Assembly: GCA_002269645.1 (NCBI GenBank)
Contig: NIVC01001675.1
Coordinates: 28,910 to 92,909, forward strand
Origin: Macrostomum lignano
Taxonomy: Eukaryota
Length of the DNA: 64,000 nt
Direction: 5' to 3'
Below are positions 37,986 through 64,000 of this stretch, in pieces. Within the stretch, counting starts at the first letter, position 1, and each line of letters opens with the position of its first letter. Position numbers and translations under genes: made by a program. Below the pieces are notes generated by a model. It was not told where the DNA came from, searched no databases, and was given only the letters and a program-made list of their open reading frames with translations.

Positions 37986-40220
37986 GTATAGGGTCTACTG
38001 GGATAACAGCCAGGACTCATACTGATTCATATACGAAAAGTACTACCCTGGCCAGAAGGACAAATCAAAATACAGCGTGAACTGCAAGAAATTCTTCCAG
38101 TTCGTCAAACCGTCCGGTTTCAGTTTGTAGCAGAAAATGGACAAATATTTGCTAGCTGTCCATTTTTGCCCACGCAATGGCCGTGCACGCACACACGGCT
38201 CTTTTTATTTGCGAAAAGATCCAAATGCCAATAGACGGCTTAAGTGCCAATATAGGGGTTAAGCATTAACTGATGGTCAGATTGTGAGCGATATTTATCT
38301 CGAGTGGATTGAAAGGGTTTTTTAGCCCGAACCAGGACGTTTTATCTGTCACAAAAATTGGCTATAGCTTTTGTTGCATTTTTACATTTGGGAATATCCT
38401 TTTTATACTACTAAGTAGCCAGAATTGATCGCGAATTGGCAGGTGAAGTGTAGTAGTATCACACCCGCTAATAAATTGTTCTATGGAAAAGAAAGTCCAA
38501 GGACTTTTGGCCATAGAAATTTTTTAGTGGGCGTGATAAAATTTCATCTCCACTTGTAAGACGAGCGGGCGTGGGGCAGAACCGTAGACTAACCATAGAC
38601 TAAATGATTAGACTAAAGTCAAATGAAATCCTGCATATTTTATGGATCGAACTGCTTATTTTACACAAGTTGAAACAGAAAGAGACAGAGCGATGGATCG
38701 ATGCTTTATTCGCATCGACCATTAACTACATCTACGACTGCTTTTGCATCGACCACCTTTGCGTCTACGACTACTGCCGATCTATCGGCAGCTGACTCTG
38801 ACGACACTGTTCCAGCAGCATCGTCTAATCGTTTTACCGTCTTGTCATCTGACGACATCGGATGTCTGTCTTGGATGTTTCCAGTCTCTGCACCTGCCGA
38901 GCCGCCGGTTCCTCAACGCTCCTGTGGAGACGCTGGCCAATAAAACTGCTCCTCCAACAAAATCAATGAAGCTTTTCGCCAATGGGCAGGATGGAAGCGT
39001 CATTTCACCCGGCTGTAAAGTGTGACCATCACTTGGGAGTGGGTTGTAAAAGAACTATTATTGACCAAATAGTGACTGCTCACGAAATGTAATTTTGGCG
39101 TGAACTGTATCTGTTGTGTTTTTTCATACCTGTTTCCTTTGTTCCATTGTTGGTATTCGTTTCAGTCTGTATGGCTAAATATAAACTTGTTCTCAGTCCT
39201 CAGTTTGAGTAAGCTGAGAAACGATTTCTCAGGCCTAGTTTTCGGGCCTGAGAACTGAATGCACATGAAAAACTACCATAGACGAAGATTCCATGGGAAA
39301 AGAAGAGCCTGATTAACCTGATGAATTTTCGAGATTAAAATCGAGAATTAGAAAATTACAATCTAGTGCCAGAAAATTTTCTTCATTTTTGCAGCAGATA
39401 AACGAGATTGAGCTAATGTTAAAGATTTAATTTAGAGAAGAGCAAATTAAGGCAGGAATGTGAAATGTGAATATTCATTGTTTAAATGGCATTTATATAT
39501 AGATGATATGATATCCAATATACTAAAAATTCTTTTCTAATTATAGAGCAGAAAGAAAATCAGAATCGGAAATTGAAAACTGAGAAGAGCCGAATCGTCA
39601 AATGGAATAGAATAATAAGAGCTAACGAAACACGCAATTAATTCTAACGAGTATTATACTCGTATATGATTTAACTGCGAAGTCAAACAACATTTCCAAA
39701 TTTGAATCGGCCCTCAGCTAAGCCTGCAGAGCTACGGACCACGCCCAATAAACAAAAAAAGAGTCACTGTAAAATTTGGCCCCCGATAGTAAAAGCTCTC
39801 CTGGCGCGCGGCTGGGGTGGGCCGGCGCGTGGCGGGGACTGGGTGTACATTTCTAACCTGACCAAATGTACATTAGCCCCGAGGGGCGGGGCCGGGTTAT
39901 CTTATTGGGTAAGGGACAGAGGAGAGAAAGAAAAGACAGAATTGAGATCGCCGCAACCCTCCTGAACCAGAAAGCACACAGAAGCGCCTATAGAATCAAA
40001 CAAAACACTAGAATTCTTGCTACCCAACAACCCCCAAAGCATGAAGCCTTGAACCAGACTAAATATAGCAAGTACATGCACTGAGTGCGCGCAGAATTAG
40101 GATATTTGAGGCGCTCACAAAGTGTATAATCTAGATTGCTTTTCACTCAACTTAACTATTTGCTGACTTGCTCTTCAGTGGACAAGTTTATACTTTTGTT
40201 ACACTGAAATTTAAGCGAAA

Positions 40221-42145
40221 ATGCCGAAGTGCCCAAAATGCAACAAGGAGGTGTACTTTGGTGAGAATGAGAATTAAGAATGGAAATTATACTAAATTGT
40301 ACCGTTTATTTGTTAATACTTTTTAAGACCTGTTCGCCATCTTTCCTGCAGCTGAAAAGGTGACCTCCCTAGGCAAAGACTGGCACAGGCCGTGTCTGCG
40401 CTGCGAAAAGTGCAACAAGACTCTGTCTGCCGGGTCTCACTCAGAGGTATTGTACCGTTGCTGAAAGTTAATTACTATGTCTTGCCGTTGCGTTGCCTTG
40501 TGTCTTCAATTTCCTAATTAATAAATTATGAGGGCCTGTCAGAGACAGAGAATCTAGAGAGACACGAATTGTAAGTCGCCACAACATCTCACTCTTATTT
40601 TGATTTGCAGCACGATGGTAAACCGTATTGCAACAGGCCTTGCTATGCTGCTCTGTTTGGTCCGGGAGGTACGCCGATCTATTCATGTGACTCTGAGCTC
40701 AGTATTAACCAGATAGTAATGAAGGATATTCCTCAGGAACCTGAACAAGAAAGTCAATTAAAACTCTGCAAGAGTGTCCTTAAACCCTGCAAGAAGAGTG
40801 ACCTGAAACCCTGCAAGAAGAGTGACCTGAAACCCTGAAAGAGTAACCTGATAAAACCCTGACCTGAAACCCTGCCAGAAGAGTGACCTGAAACCCCGCC
40901 AGAAGAGTGACCTGATACCCTGCCAGAAGAGTGACCTGAAACCCAGCAAGAAGAGTGACCTGAAACCCTGAAAGAGTGACCTGAAACCCAGCAAGAAGAG
41001 TGACCTGAAACCCTGCCAGAAGAGTGACCTGAAACCCTGCCAGAAGAGTGACCTGAAACCCTGCCAGAAGAGTGACCTGAAACCCCGCCAGAAGAGTGAC
41101 CTCAAACCCTGCCAGAAGAGTGACCTCAAACCCTAAAAGAGTGACCTGAAACCCAGCAAGAAGAGTGACCTGAAACCCTGCAAGAAGAGTGACCTGAAAC
41201 CCTGCAAGAAGAGTGACCTCAAACCCTGAAAGAGTGACCTGAAACCCTGCCAGAAGAGTGACCTGAAACCCTGAAAGAGTGACCTGAAACCCTGCCAGAA
41301 GAGTGACCTGAAACCCTGAAAGAGTGACCTGAAACCCTGCCAGAAGAGAGACCTCAAACCCTGCCAGAAGAGTGACCTCAAACCCTAAAAGAGTGACCTG
41401 AAACCCTGCCAGAAGAGTGACCTGAAACCCTGCAAGAAGAGTGACCTGAAACCCTGCAAGAAGAGTGACCTGAAACCCTGCCAGAAGAGTGACCTGAAAC
41501 CCAGCAAGAAGAGTGACCTGAAACCCTGCCAGAAGAGTGATCTGAAACCCTGCCAGAAGAGTGATCTGAAACCCTGCAAGAAGAGTGATCTGAAACCCTG
41601 CAAGAAGAGTGACCTGAAACCCTGCCAGAAGAGTGACCTGAAACCCAGCAAGAAGAGTGACCTGAAACCCTGCCGGAAGAGTGATCTGAAACCCTGCCAG
41701 AAGAGTGACCTGAAACCCTGCAAGAAGAGTGAACTGAAACCCTGCAACAAAAGTGACCTGAAACCCTATAAGAAGAGTGACCTGAAACCCAGCAATAAGA
41801 GTGACTTGAAACCCTGAAAGAGTGACCTGAAACCCAGAAAGAAGAGTGACCTGAGACCCTGCCAGAAGAGTGACCTGAAACCCAGCAAGAAGAGTGACCT
41901 GAAACCCTGAAAGAGTGACCTGAAACCCTGCAAGAAGAGTGACCTGAAACCCTGCCAGAAGAGTGACCTGAAACCCTGCCAGAAGAGTGACCTGAAACCC
42001 TGCAAGAAGAGTGACCTGAAACTCTACAATAAGTTTAACTGTCTGAATTTCAAGCCAATGCAATGCAAACATACCTGTGCTATTCAATGTAAACCTTGTC
42101 CCTCCAGGTTACGGTCATGGAGGTACAGAGAGCCACAAGTACTGA
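40221..42145 (+). CDS. CRIP1: Cysteine-rich protein 1 (single LIM domain, CRIP family), 76 aa
   Basis: Exons 40221-40260, 40352-40446, 40611-40668, 42108-42145 give [76 protein letters not shown], closely matching CRIP1. All junctions are GT-AG and in frame. Confidence 0.96.
40775..42025. repeat. 24-bp minisatellite (GTGACCTGAAACCCTGCCAGAAGA) with shorter variants
   Basis: CRIP intron 3. Confidence 0.95.
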
Positions 42146-43639
42146 TGATCAGGTACCCGTGACCCAACTTGATTATATTATTGATTTTTGACGGGCATCA
42201 ACATTATTGACCCAATAACTGCTTTATTTGCATCACTTCAACATTCGTTAATTACTTAAGTCACCGCGTACGTACTATTTGCAACTTTATGTACACAGAA
42301 TTTTAGTCAGTCCAGATTCCTTGTGCATTAATAATTATGATCAATTTACATGAAAATACGAATCCGAATTACAAATTTATAACAGTTTGTTTTTAAGTTA
42401 CAGTCTTAAAATAATAATCTGTCAATATGTCTCTGCACTTCACGTTTTATCAATTGCTAGCATATAATTTTCGTGACACTGAAAAGTGCATGTAAAAGTA
42501 CACCAAGGTTTGATTAAGCGCGGTTTTTTTTAATTTTGTACACAACTATAATTATTTTCTTCTTTTAATCTCTAGATTAAACGGATGCTATTACTGAAGA
42601 TCAAATAAATATATCATAAGGTGGCAAAATGCTGTATTGATTTTCACCGTAATTCACTAGCAGTGACTACGACGAGACGAGTTTTTTTACGTAAAAATTC
42701 ATTTTATTTTATTAAAAAATTGCAGTCAGTACACTAAAGAAAGAGCTTGATGACGGATGGGACTCTGAGAGATTAGTGATGGAGGGGGATTAGAGATGGA
42801 AATGATGAGGACGCACTTTTTTCCAAATCCCGCGCTAGCACATGGGCTCTAAACTTACTAGCCTACTAACAGTGGGCAATGGGCATTTTTATGCTTTTTC
42901 TTCGAATTGTCATAGAATCTATACTAGATATAATGTCTGGTCATACTAGTAGTCATAATAACATAGGCGCAGCTTTTTGGGTCATAAATCATCGCTTTCG
43001 AAGCTGGTCTGACAGCCACCTGCGCCTCACTCAGTGTTGAGGCGGGGCGCCAGATGTACTTTGTGCACTCTAGGTTCGCCAAGCGGCTCGGGTAATGAAC
43101 CATGCGGTCTCTGATGTTTGAGTTAGCCTATCATCAGCGCTAGGAGAGGCTGGTTGGCGCGTTGAAGGCCAAAAGTACAATTCTTCGTATTTAGCAATGT
43201 AATAGTACATGTAGCTACCCCATTATAGTCTCGCCACTGCAAGAATCCCCTGCACAAGTCCCCTCTGTACCTGCATGGCCAATGCGATCTAGTCCCAGCA
43301 GTGTCCCTTATCATCGACTATGACTTCGAGATTGACAGCAGAAAGACACTAGTCGGAAGCCCGATTTCGAGAGCCCCGGTGTGGTGAGCCAGGGCGTACG
43401 GGCTGGTGGCAGCGGGTTCGTTAATCTGCGAATTAGCTGATTCTACCTTCAAAATTCTCCCTGCTTGTCTCTCGCTGTCCCTCTCTTAGCTATAGGACCC
43501 AGACTGCTCGCCACAGATTATTAAGCTACCTCGGGACTGACCATCTGACAGGAGTGGGGGGCCAGGACTCTAATTGATTTATTTCTGAGACCTGAGGCTC
43601 GAAAGCTTCCCCACAAGGGGGCCGGAAGGTCGAAACCCA

Positions 43640-44800
43640 TCAGAAAGATCAGTGATGGGGTGAGATTTAGAGCAGATGGAGAGATCAGTGATAGAGGGAG
43701 ATTAGAGATGGAGAGATCAGGGGGTGAGATTTTGAGCAGATAGTGAGATCAGTGATGGGTGAGATTTTGAGCAGATGGAGAGATCAGTGATGGGGTGAGA
43801 TTTTGAGCAGATAGAGAGATCAGTGATGGGGTGAGATTTTGAGCAGATGGAGAGATCAGTGATGGGGTGAGATTTAGAGCAGATGGAGAGATCAGTGATG
43901 GGGTGAGATTTAGAGCAGATGGAGAGATCAGTGATGGGTGAGATTTAGAGCAGATAGAGAGATCAGTGATGGGGTGAGATTTTGAGAAGATGGAGAGATC
44001 AGTGATAGAGGGAGATTTAGAGCAGATAGAGAGATCAGCGATGGGTGAGATTTAGAGCAGATAGAGAGATCAGTGATAGGAGGTGAGATTAGAGGTGGAG
44101 TGATCAGTGAAGGGGAGGTGAGAATAGAGATGAGTGATCAGTGATGGGGAGGTGAGAATAGAGATGAGTGATCAGTGATAAGAGGTGAGAATAGAGATGA
44201 GTGATCAGTGATAGGAGGGGAGATTAGAGATGAGTGATCAGTGATAGGAGGGGAGATTAGAGATGAGTGATCAGTGATAGGAGGGGAGATTAGAGATGAG
44301 TGATCAGTGATAAGAGGTGAGAATAGAGATGAGTGATCAGTGATAGGAGGGGAGATTAGAGATGAGTGATCAGTGATAGGAGGGGAGATTAGAGATGAGT
44401 GATCAGTGATAGGAGGGGAGAATAGAGATGAGTGATCAGTGATAGGAGGGGAGATTAGAGGTGGAGTGATCGTGAAGGGGAGGTGAGAATAGAGATGAGT
44501 GATCAGTGATAGGAGGTGAGAATAGAGATGAGTGATCAGTGATAGGAGGGGAGATTAGAGATGAGTGATCAGTGATAGGAGGGGAGATTAGAGATGAGTG
44601 ATCAGTGATAGGAGGGGAGATTAGAGATGAGTGATCAGTGATAGGAGGGGAGATTAGAGATGAGTGATCAGTGATAGGAGGGGAGATTAGAGATGAGTGA
44701 TCAGTGATAGGAGGGGAGATTAGAGGTGGAGTGATCAGTGAAGGGGAGGTGAGAATAGAGATGAGTGATCAGTGATAGGAGGGGAGATTAGAGATGGATC
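43640..44800. repeat. Graded array: a 36-bp unit (GATCAGTGATGGGGTGAGATTTAGAGCAGATGGAGA) changing to a related 33-bp unit (GATCAGTGATAGGAGGGGAGATTAGAGATGAGT)
   Basis: Direct inspection; transition near 44080-44100. Confidence 0.9.
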
Positions 44801-46400
44801 AGAGCAGTCAGCCAAAAATCTGGAAAACACGGCAGAAGAGCAGTTATGTTTGTGCTTAGTTACATAGCAAAACATCATGTTGCTTTAAATTCTATTGTAT
44901 TTCACTTATCAAAAATTATATTAGTGTAATCTTTCAGGTGAACTCTTCAGCCAAAGAGGTGTTGTTCTCGGAACGCGGGAGCAATTACATGTGTATGCTT
45001 AGTGCTTCTTCATTGTACTGCAGAAGTTTACAATTCAGCATTAAACAAACATGTAGGGCTGACAGTATTAAGTAGTAAAGTAAGTAGTAGATGCAGCGCT
45101 TACCAGCTTTTAAACAAATTTTTTTTAATTAGTAAGCTAATTAAAATTCAGACGCAATGAAGCACACATTACGGAACACTGTGAATAAAAAGTAAAGTCG
45201 AATAAATTTCAATTAAAATAACAACAAATGAAACCACGACAACTACTTATATGCTGGTAAGTAGTAATTCGCCAACATGTTGGCAATAGTTTGAAAGAAA
45301 AAATTGAAAACTTCGGCATTAAAAGAGTTGAAAGCATGGATAAAATCAGATTGAAGTTAGCTAATCATATTTCAGAATCACGAGAGCATCAGGCACAGAT
45401 TTGGTTATCAGGTTTCACGCGTATTTTTAAAATTCACTGTTAATAAAACAACAATCTAGTTACAATAGAGTTCAGGCGCACAGGTTACAATGCACAAAAA
45501 CAGCTAACAAAATAGAAGTTAAAAAATATAGAAAGCTTCGCAAATTAATAAATTGGGCCGAGATTTGCCGTGTGGTAAAGCAGAACTTATAAGCTTGTTC
45601 ATCTGTATGTAACAACCTTTGTTCAGAATTAATTCATCAATTTAACAATCCATCTAGTCTACCTTGCTTATAAAAATATTAGTCATTTTTTATGTATCAA
45701 TCGGTAACTGATGATTAAAGATCGATATTCAACTATATTTAACTACTTTTATATCTAAGTAGCTTATGCGTGTTTTTGGCTAGAAATTTATAAATTCAAG
45801 AAAATTATATTAAATGTATCTCGAATCTTAGTTTATTAGCAATAAATAATAACTTTCGAAGAAATCAATCAACAATAAAGAATACAACAAATTAACCTCC
45901 TTTTAATATTCTTTATACTAAATCTTAAAAAAAATCAGAATATGAATATGAAAAAAGGCCAATTTATAAAGACTGCCAGCAGTGAACGCAGAAAACAAAA
46001 GTGCAAATGTGTATAAAAATATTAATAATAACAATCGTTGCATCCGCAAAACACAACAGAGAAGCGATTAGTGCAGAGAATCGAAAGTTTTAAGAATTGA
46101 ACAGTTAGTGCGGAGAACGCCCTATGTACACACAGGTGCTAAAATCATCAATAAATTATCATTGTTTGTTTTCTTACACAAAATTGAACTGAGATAGCAG
46201 AAAACATCATATAAAAAACACTAATTTGTCTAAATGGGAGTTTCAAGGCTCGCCACCAGTCTCCAATTTTTGGCAAATGAAGCAGTGCAAGTGGGTGTGT
46301 ACAGAGCCGGTACATTAGCAGATAGTAAGGCCTGGTAGACACAGTGTATTCAATAATATCATCATCATTAATATGTCTTCGGGGCTATCCGGGGCCGGGG

Positions 46401-59252
<12,852 letters not shown>

Positions 59253-60424
59253 TTCAATGTGCTTTGTCTAAGGAATTAGTAAACAAGTAAAACTTACTTT
59301 TAAATATACTAAATCTAATTCTAAACAATTTTTTATGTTGATTACCGACAAGCCGTAAGAACAAATGAAGTCAAAACGAAGGTTAAAAAGAAAGGCAAGT
59401 CACAAAAACATGTTTTAAAAGGAAATCAAAAAACAAACAGACACTGCTTAGTAGTTTTCAAATTGTGGAAATTGGATGTGATTTGTACGAAAACACTATA
59501 CTTATCCTAACTAAAACTAAACACCGACTTACTTTGACATGAAAAACTGAAACCCTGTCGAATTTAAAAAATACGTTTATAGTGTGTACGCTTGATAAAA
59601 TCAGTAAACCAAAGTAAAAATAATTTGCGTTTACTTTATAGCTTTTGGCCCTTAAAAATGCTTTAAAAAATTTAGTAGACAGTTTCAGTGCTTTTCTTTT
59701 AGAAACCTGACATAAATACGATTTGGCGACTTTTCAAAATGCTATTGCTAATTTTGTTCCAAGAAAAGTATTCTTTGTTTGGCATCAGAAGCAATAAGCC
59801 AGTGTAAGGTATTTGGATTTAAAAGCGAAAGCGAATTAGAGTTTAGAAGAACTACAGAAATATAAAGTTGCTGCACGAATTCAGTGGACAAACTTTATTT
59901 TTTTCCACTAGCCAAAACAGGCTGTGTCTCAGCCACTTTTTAAATACAAAATACCGAAATACGATTTTTTAATGTTCAAATTAAGAAGGCAAACGCAAAG
60001 GCTGTTGGCGTTAGTATAAGAAATTAATTAGTATTTGTGGATATAGATATGATATACATTATACCAGTACCAGTAGGCTCCCACTTTCTTGTACTGTATC
60101 TATGACATGGGCTGCCAGTCACGTCGCCAACAAGACATTTCGGCGACGGACACTTCGGGCTTTGGCAACAATTTTGAGACAAATGAATTTTCGGCGACAG
60201 TAGGCGGGAGTAGGGACTAATTTTGGCGACAATGGGGAAGAAATTTCGACAAAAAACCTGGATACAATATGAATACAATATGAATTGAAGAATAAGTAGG
60301 GGGGCCTAGTGATTTGACAAGCGATTTATATTTGTATTTCATTTAGGGGCAATCCTGAAGATTCCCGGGTTTAATTATTTTATGGAATTAAAGCAATCCA
60401 ATCAAAAAGTCTGTCAGTGTTACA

Positions 60425-60930
60425 CTATTGGCATGGGTAATAGTGTCCAATCCAGTATAGGATATTGCCAAACTGATGGTCCAGGAAGGCCCGGCCCCAC
60501 ATGAACTCTTGCAGGTATGTGCTAAAAACAAAAAGGGCATCCAAAGTCCTGTGCATGGCCTGGAATTTGGCCTTGCAGTGGGCCCACATGCCCTCGACTG
60601 TATTTGTGTGAGTGTCTAGGTTATTTGAGTCATGGAAATGCAGTGAATGGTTCACTATCAGGTGATTTGCCAGTGTATTGTAGGCTGCCCACTGATCAGT
60701 GACGATTCATGTCCCTGGAAGCACATGCTGGTTGATCACTGGCAGCAGTATGTTGGCTGAATGGTCTGGCACAGGAATAAGAACGCATTGATGAGTGCCT
60801 TTCTCCATTATGCCCAGCACCCAGTGGCCTTCATGGTACTGCCCCTGGTGGTACTTGCAATGCATGAATTTGGACTCATTGATCTCAATGTCCACTCTGG
60901 GCCCACCAAGCTGTGTCTTGTTTGTTTGGG
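60425..60930 (-). pseudogene. Degenerate Merlin/ISXO2 (IS1595-like) DDE transposase fragment
   Basis: One frame reads GGPRVDIEINESKF..KYH.G...EGHWVLG..E......LIPVPDHSA..LLP.I..HVLPGT*IVTDQWAAY..L....VNHS..F.D.....HTNTVEGMW...K...YLQEFMW. These are hallmark ISXO2 motifs, with an in-frame stop at 60709-60707 and a catalytic D>N change. Confidence 0.85.
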
Positions 60931-61179
60931 CCCACCAAATGCGTAAAATAATTAAACGTGGGAATCTTCAGGATTGCCCATTTAGGCCCTATTTTAAAGG
61001 TGGTATTGGTAAAGTAGGCCTAAAAATAGAAAAAATACAAGGATTTATTATTTAATGATAAAGGATTGCTAATAATTCTTTTTATGATAGTACAATGAAA
61101 ATAAAAGTCAGCCATGTACTAAAATAGTTAATTTCCTGAAATGGCCTAATATTATTGCCAAAATGACTGTTACCTAGTG

Positions 61180-61579
61180 CAATGGCATACCTAGGATTTT
61201 AAAAAGGGGGAATAACTTTTAGGGACAAAATTGTAGAGTAATAAAATAGTTTTTTGCAATTTTTTGCTTAAAATATGCATTTAAAACTTAAAAGTACTAA
61301 AACCATGTTTATTTAGCTAAAAAACTTTATTTTGTTAAAATCAAAATAAAGCCAGTAAATATCTGTTCTGTCTATGCATTTTAAGAACTAAGGCTTCATA
61401 GAAATATCATATAAAACATTTTTATATTTGTTTATAGGTGAAATAGGCCATTTTTTTGTAATTTTGTCAAGTCTAAGCCGCTTTAGTTTGCTTTTTTCAA
61501 AAAACTTTATTTTAATTTTTTATAAATTATCAAAATGAGGAGATATATTCCTGTATCTTCCCCACTAAGTACGCCACTG
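61180..61579. mobile_element. Decayed MITE-like element with imperfect 15-bp terminal inverted repeats
   Basis: Left end CAATGGCATACCTAG versus reverse complement of the right end CAGTGGCGTACTTAG; no clear target-site duplication. Confidence 0.5.
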
Positions 61580-64000
61580 CTTTTTACCAAAATGTCTTGT
61601 TGCCATTTGCTAAAGTGTTTATTATAGAAATATCTTTTTGCCAAAGTCAGTGACTATGACTAGTAGGCCTAGCTTATGACATGTAGCCAAAAGCCTTGAC
61701 CATCTGTTGATAGTTAATACTAGGCTTTATCAAGCTTAGATAATTTTTTATTGCTTATATAACATTTAAGCTTTTTTTGACCTTCACTTAACTTAAGGCT
61801 TTTTATTATTCTTGATAATGGCATAAATATTGGAAAGGTAGCAATCCTAGGTGACTACCCACCTATCTTTCTAAGGATTATCACCATAATCTTTTTAAAT
61901 GAAAAAGTAAAATAGTCAAAGGTAAGCCTAGCCTTTTTTCATGGAAAATACTTGTGCAAAGTAGTTAATAGCCTAGCACTATTTCTTAATCCTAGTGTAG
62001 ACCAAAATTAATTTTTTATAAAATCTTGGCCATATTCTATTTGTATTAAAAAACTTGCATTTGTATACACATAGTTGATAAACTTGCATACTTGTGTATA
62101 CTTTTTGTGATAATCATATACAACAAAAAAACTCAAAGCCATGGTTAGAAAGGTATGCCATATGTGCTACAATAAATCTCTAGACAAATTTTAATTGTGC
62201 ACTGTGTGCCAAGTAAAAAACTGCATGTATACCAAGAAAAAAATCTGCATTTTGTATTAATAGTAGCTATGATATAACAATATAACAAATTATAGGTTCT
62301 ACAACAAAATGCATCAATCATAAAAGAAGGCTAAACAATACCAATAGTCACAAATCTAAAAAATTAAATGTCTATATCATCCCCAGACTCTAATTTAGCC
62401 AGTTCATAGTTGTAGTAGTGTCCAACAAATAATCTTATTTTGAATATTGACTTATATGTATTTTTTTATTTTTTTCCTCAATGTTAATAAAAAAACAATT
62501 GTTATATTTAAATTTTTCAGTAAAATATGTATTCTTTGTATATTCAAAACATTTTTGTGCTATTTTAATTAAATTGAATATTTGAAAAAGGAGCAAGTAC
62601 ACATTTATATGTCACACTTTATGTGTGAACTAAGTGCTGTGTGCATTAGAAAATTCCGTTGTCACAATTTTATGTGAAATCTACCACCTTCCTGATTGTA
62701 GACTCAAAGTAGCATAATTTTTTTGAAAATATTTTTATTTACATGTAACACAAATAATATATATATATAAGACTTGCCTTCCTTAAAAAGGTCTTTCTTT
62801 ATTATTAAAACTGCAAAAAGGACCTTTAATGTCATGATATGAAAAAAAACTTGTTATGGGATAAAAACTGATATATATACGGCAACTTTTTATTCCTAAA
62901 TTGCCATACAAATATTCTATCCTGGGATGCAGTAAAATGGTCTAACCAACTCTATATTATCTAGCACAGATGGTATAGACTATACAATATGGCATATAAA
63001 AAATAATAATATCTTGTGTAGTGCTAAACATGCTTAGGTGTAACCTAGGGACTCACCTGGGCATTTCATTCTATTGGTAACACATACATGTAAGTTGCTA
63101 TTGGATGGAATAGTACTCATGTGACTACTCTCAGCCAATAGTGACTTACATATATGAGTCATATATGTGTGTTGCCAATAGAAAAGGCCTAGTGATTCCC
63201 AAGGTTGCACATGTATAGTGCTAAGCCATTCCAAAAGGTATACATTGTGGTAAAAACTTCCAGTGTGTATTTGTTTTGCCCAAAAATGTATATACAATTG
63301 GATATTGCTCTAGTATAAAGTAGCTTGATGAAAAAATATGGTATGATAATAGGACATGTCTTCTTAAGGCATTGAATGGGATATTATGATTCTATAGAAT
63401 ATACTGGGGTATTACTGATTGGATTAATTATTTATTAAAGTATTAATTAAAATCTAACAATGTTTGTCAGTCTTAGTAAGAAATCCTTAAATAAGTTTGT
63501 CAGTTGAAAAAGACTAAAGAAGTTATTTTTGTTGATCAAAATTTTATTTGTTTATTGTTATATCAATGCCAACATTGATTGATGGGCATAGCAACTAAGT
63601 ATAATTATATTAATATCAAAGCAAATCTATATACCATTTTGCACTATTTGTCTATCTCTCAGTTGTTGATTTTTTGAAAACCATCTGGTTGATTTCTAAT
63701 TTTTGGAGATCATGCATAACTTTTTTTGATGAAAAATTAAAATTCAAACTATTTTTAATGCTTCAATGAGCACTCCATTTTATTATCTGATTATTTAGTT
63801 CAACCATTTAGGTCTCTCCTTGGCCAATGTACAGTGTAGAATATGTATTCACAATAGAATTTTATGATCCTTTTGCATGGTGGGCTTGCAATTTAATTGC
63901 AGTATTGACTGAATTTTATTGTGTACTAACCAGTCTGATAGACAATTGATGAGAGAGAGTAGGGTTATAAAGCTAACCTGAAAAGGTTGAAATGCAGAGT

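Noticed and set aside
38701-38943. 80-aa Thr/Ser-rich ORF
   Set aside because: No recognisable domain or splice context; cannot be supported as a gene.
40669-40838. Read-through of CRIP exon 3 into KKSDLKPC repeats as an alternative C-terminus
   Set aside because: The canonical donor (40669) and the conserved terminal exon (42108) explain the gene. The repeat frame is interrupted by stops.
42780-43130. Possible C/D snoRNA or hammerhead-like motifs (ATGATGA, CTGATG, CGAAA near 43590-43640)
   Set aside because: No properly spaced C/D pair with a terminal stem, and no complete CUGANGA...GAAA core with stems.
63034-63297. 87-aa ORF in the CpG-depleted tail
   Set aside because: No recognisable motif; probably decayed repeat sequence.

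Overview
Eukaryotic (animal) genomic DNA. GC-rich exons sit among AT-rich or minisatellite-filled introns, a pattern most consistent with a free-living flatworm such as Macrostomum (inference; no database search possible). Spliced genes reconstructed by hand from splice signals and frame: a fragment of an unidentified gene (-, left edge); serine palmitoyltransferase small subunit (+); a highly divergent TRPV-like 6-TM channel (+); a two-alpha-crystallin-domain small heat-shock protein (-); a Gsx-class ParaHox homeobox gene (+); an ERG/KCNH2-type K+ channel (-) whose pore-loop/S6 exon(s) are absent from the sequence; a CRIP1-like single-LIM protein (+); calcineurin A (-), with one 1-nt frameshift; and a CpG-decayed Merlin/ISXO2 transposase relic. 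About 40 tandem-repeat arrays explain almost all long ORFs in the ORF track. The most striking observation is a cluster of four (possibly five) candidate frame-preserving cassette/micro-exons (18, 39, 9, 27 and 6 nt) in the calcineurin A intron just before the calmodulin-binding helix. Next are the pore-less ERG locus, the TRPV-like channel with a degenerate filter and TRP box, and a GGTCA/TGAC core shared by many unrelated minisatellites. No rRNA, tRNA or CRISPR array was recognised.
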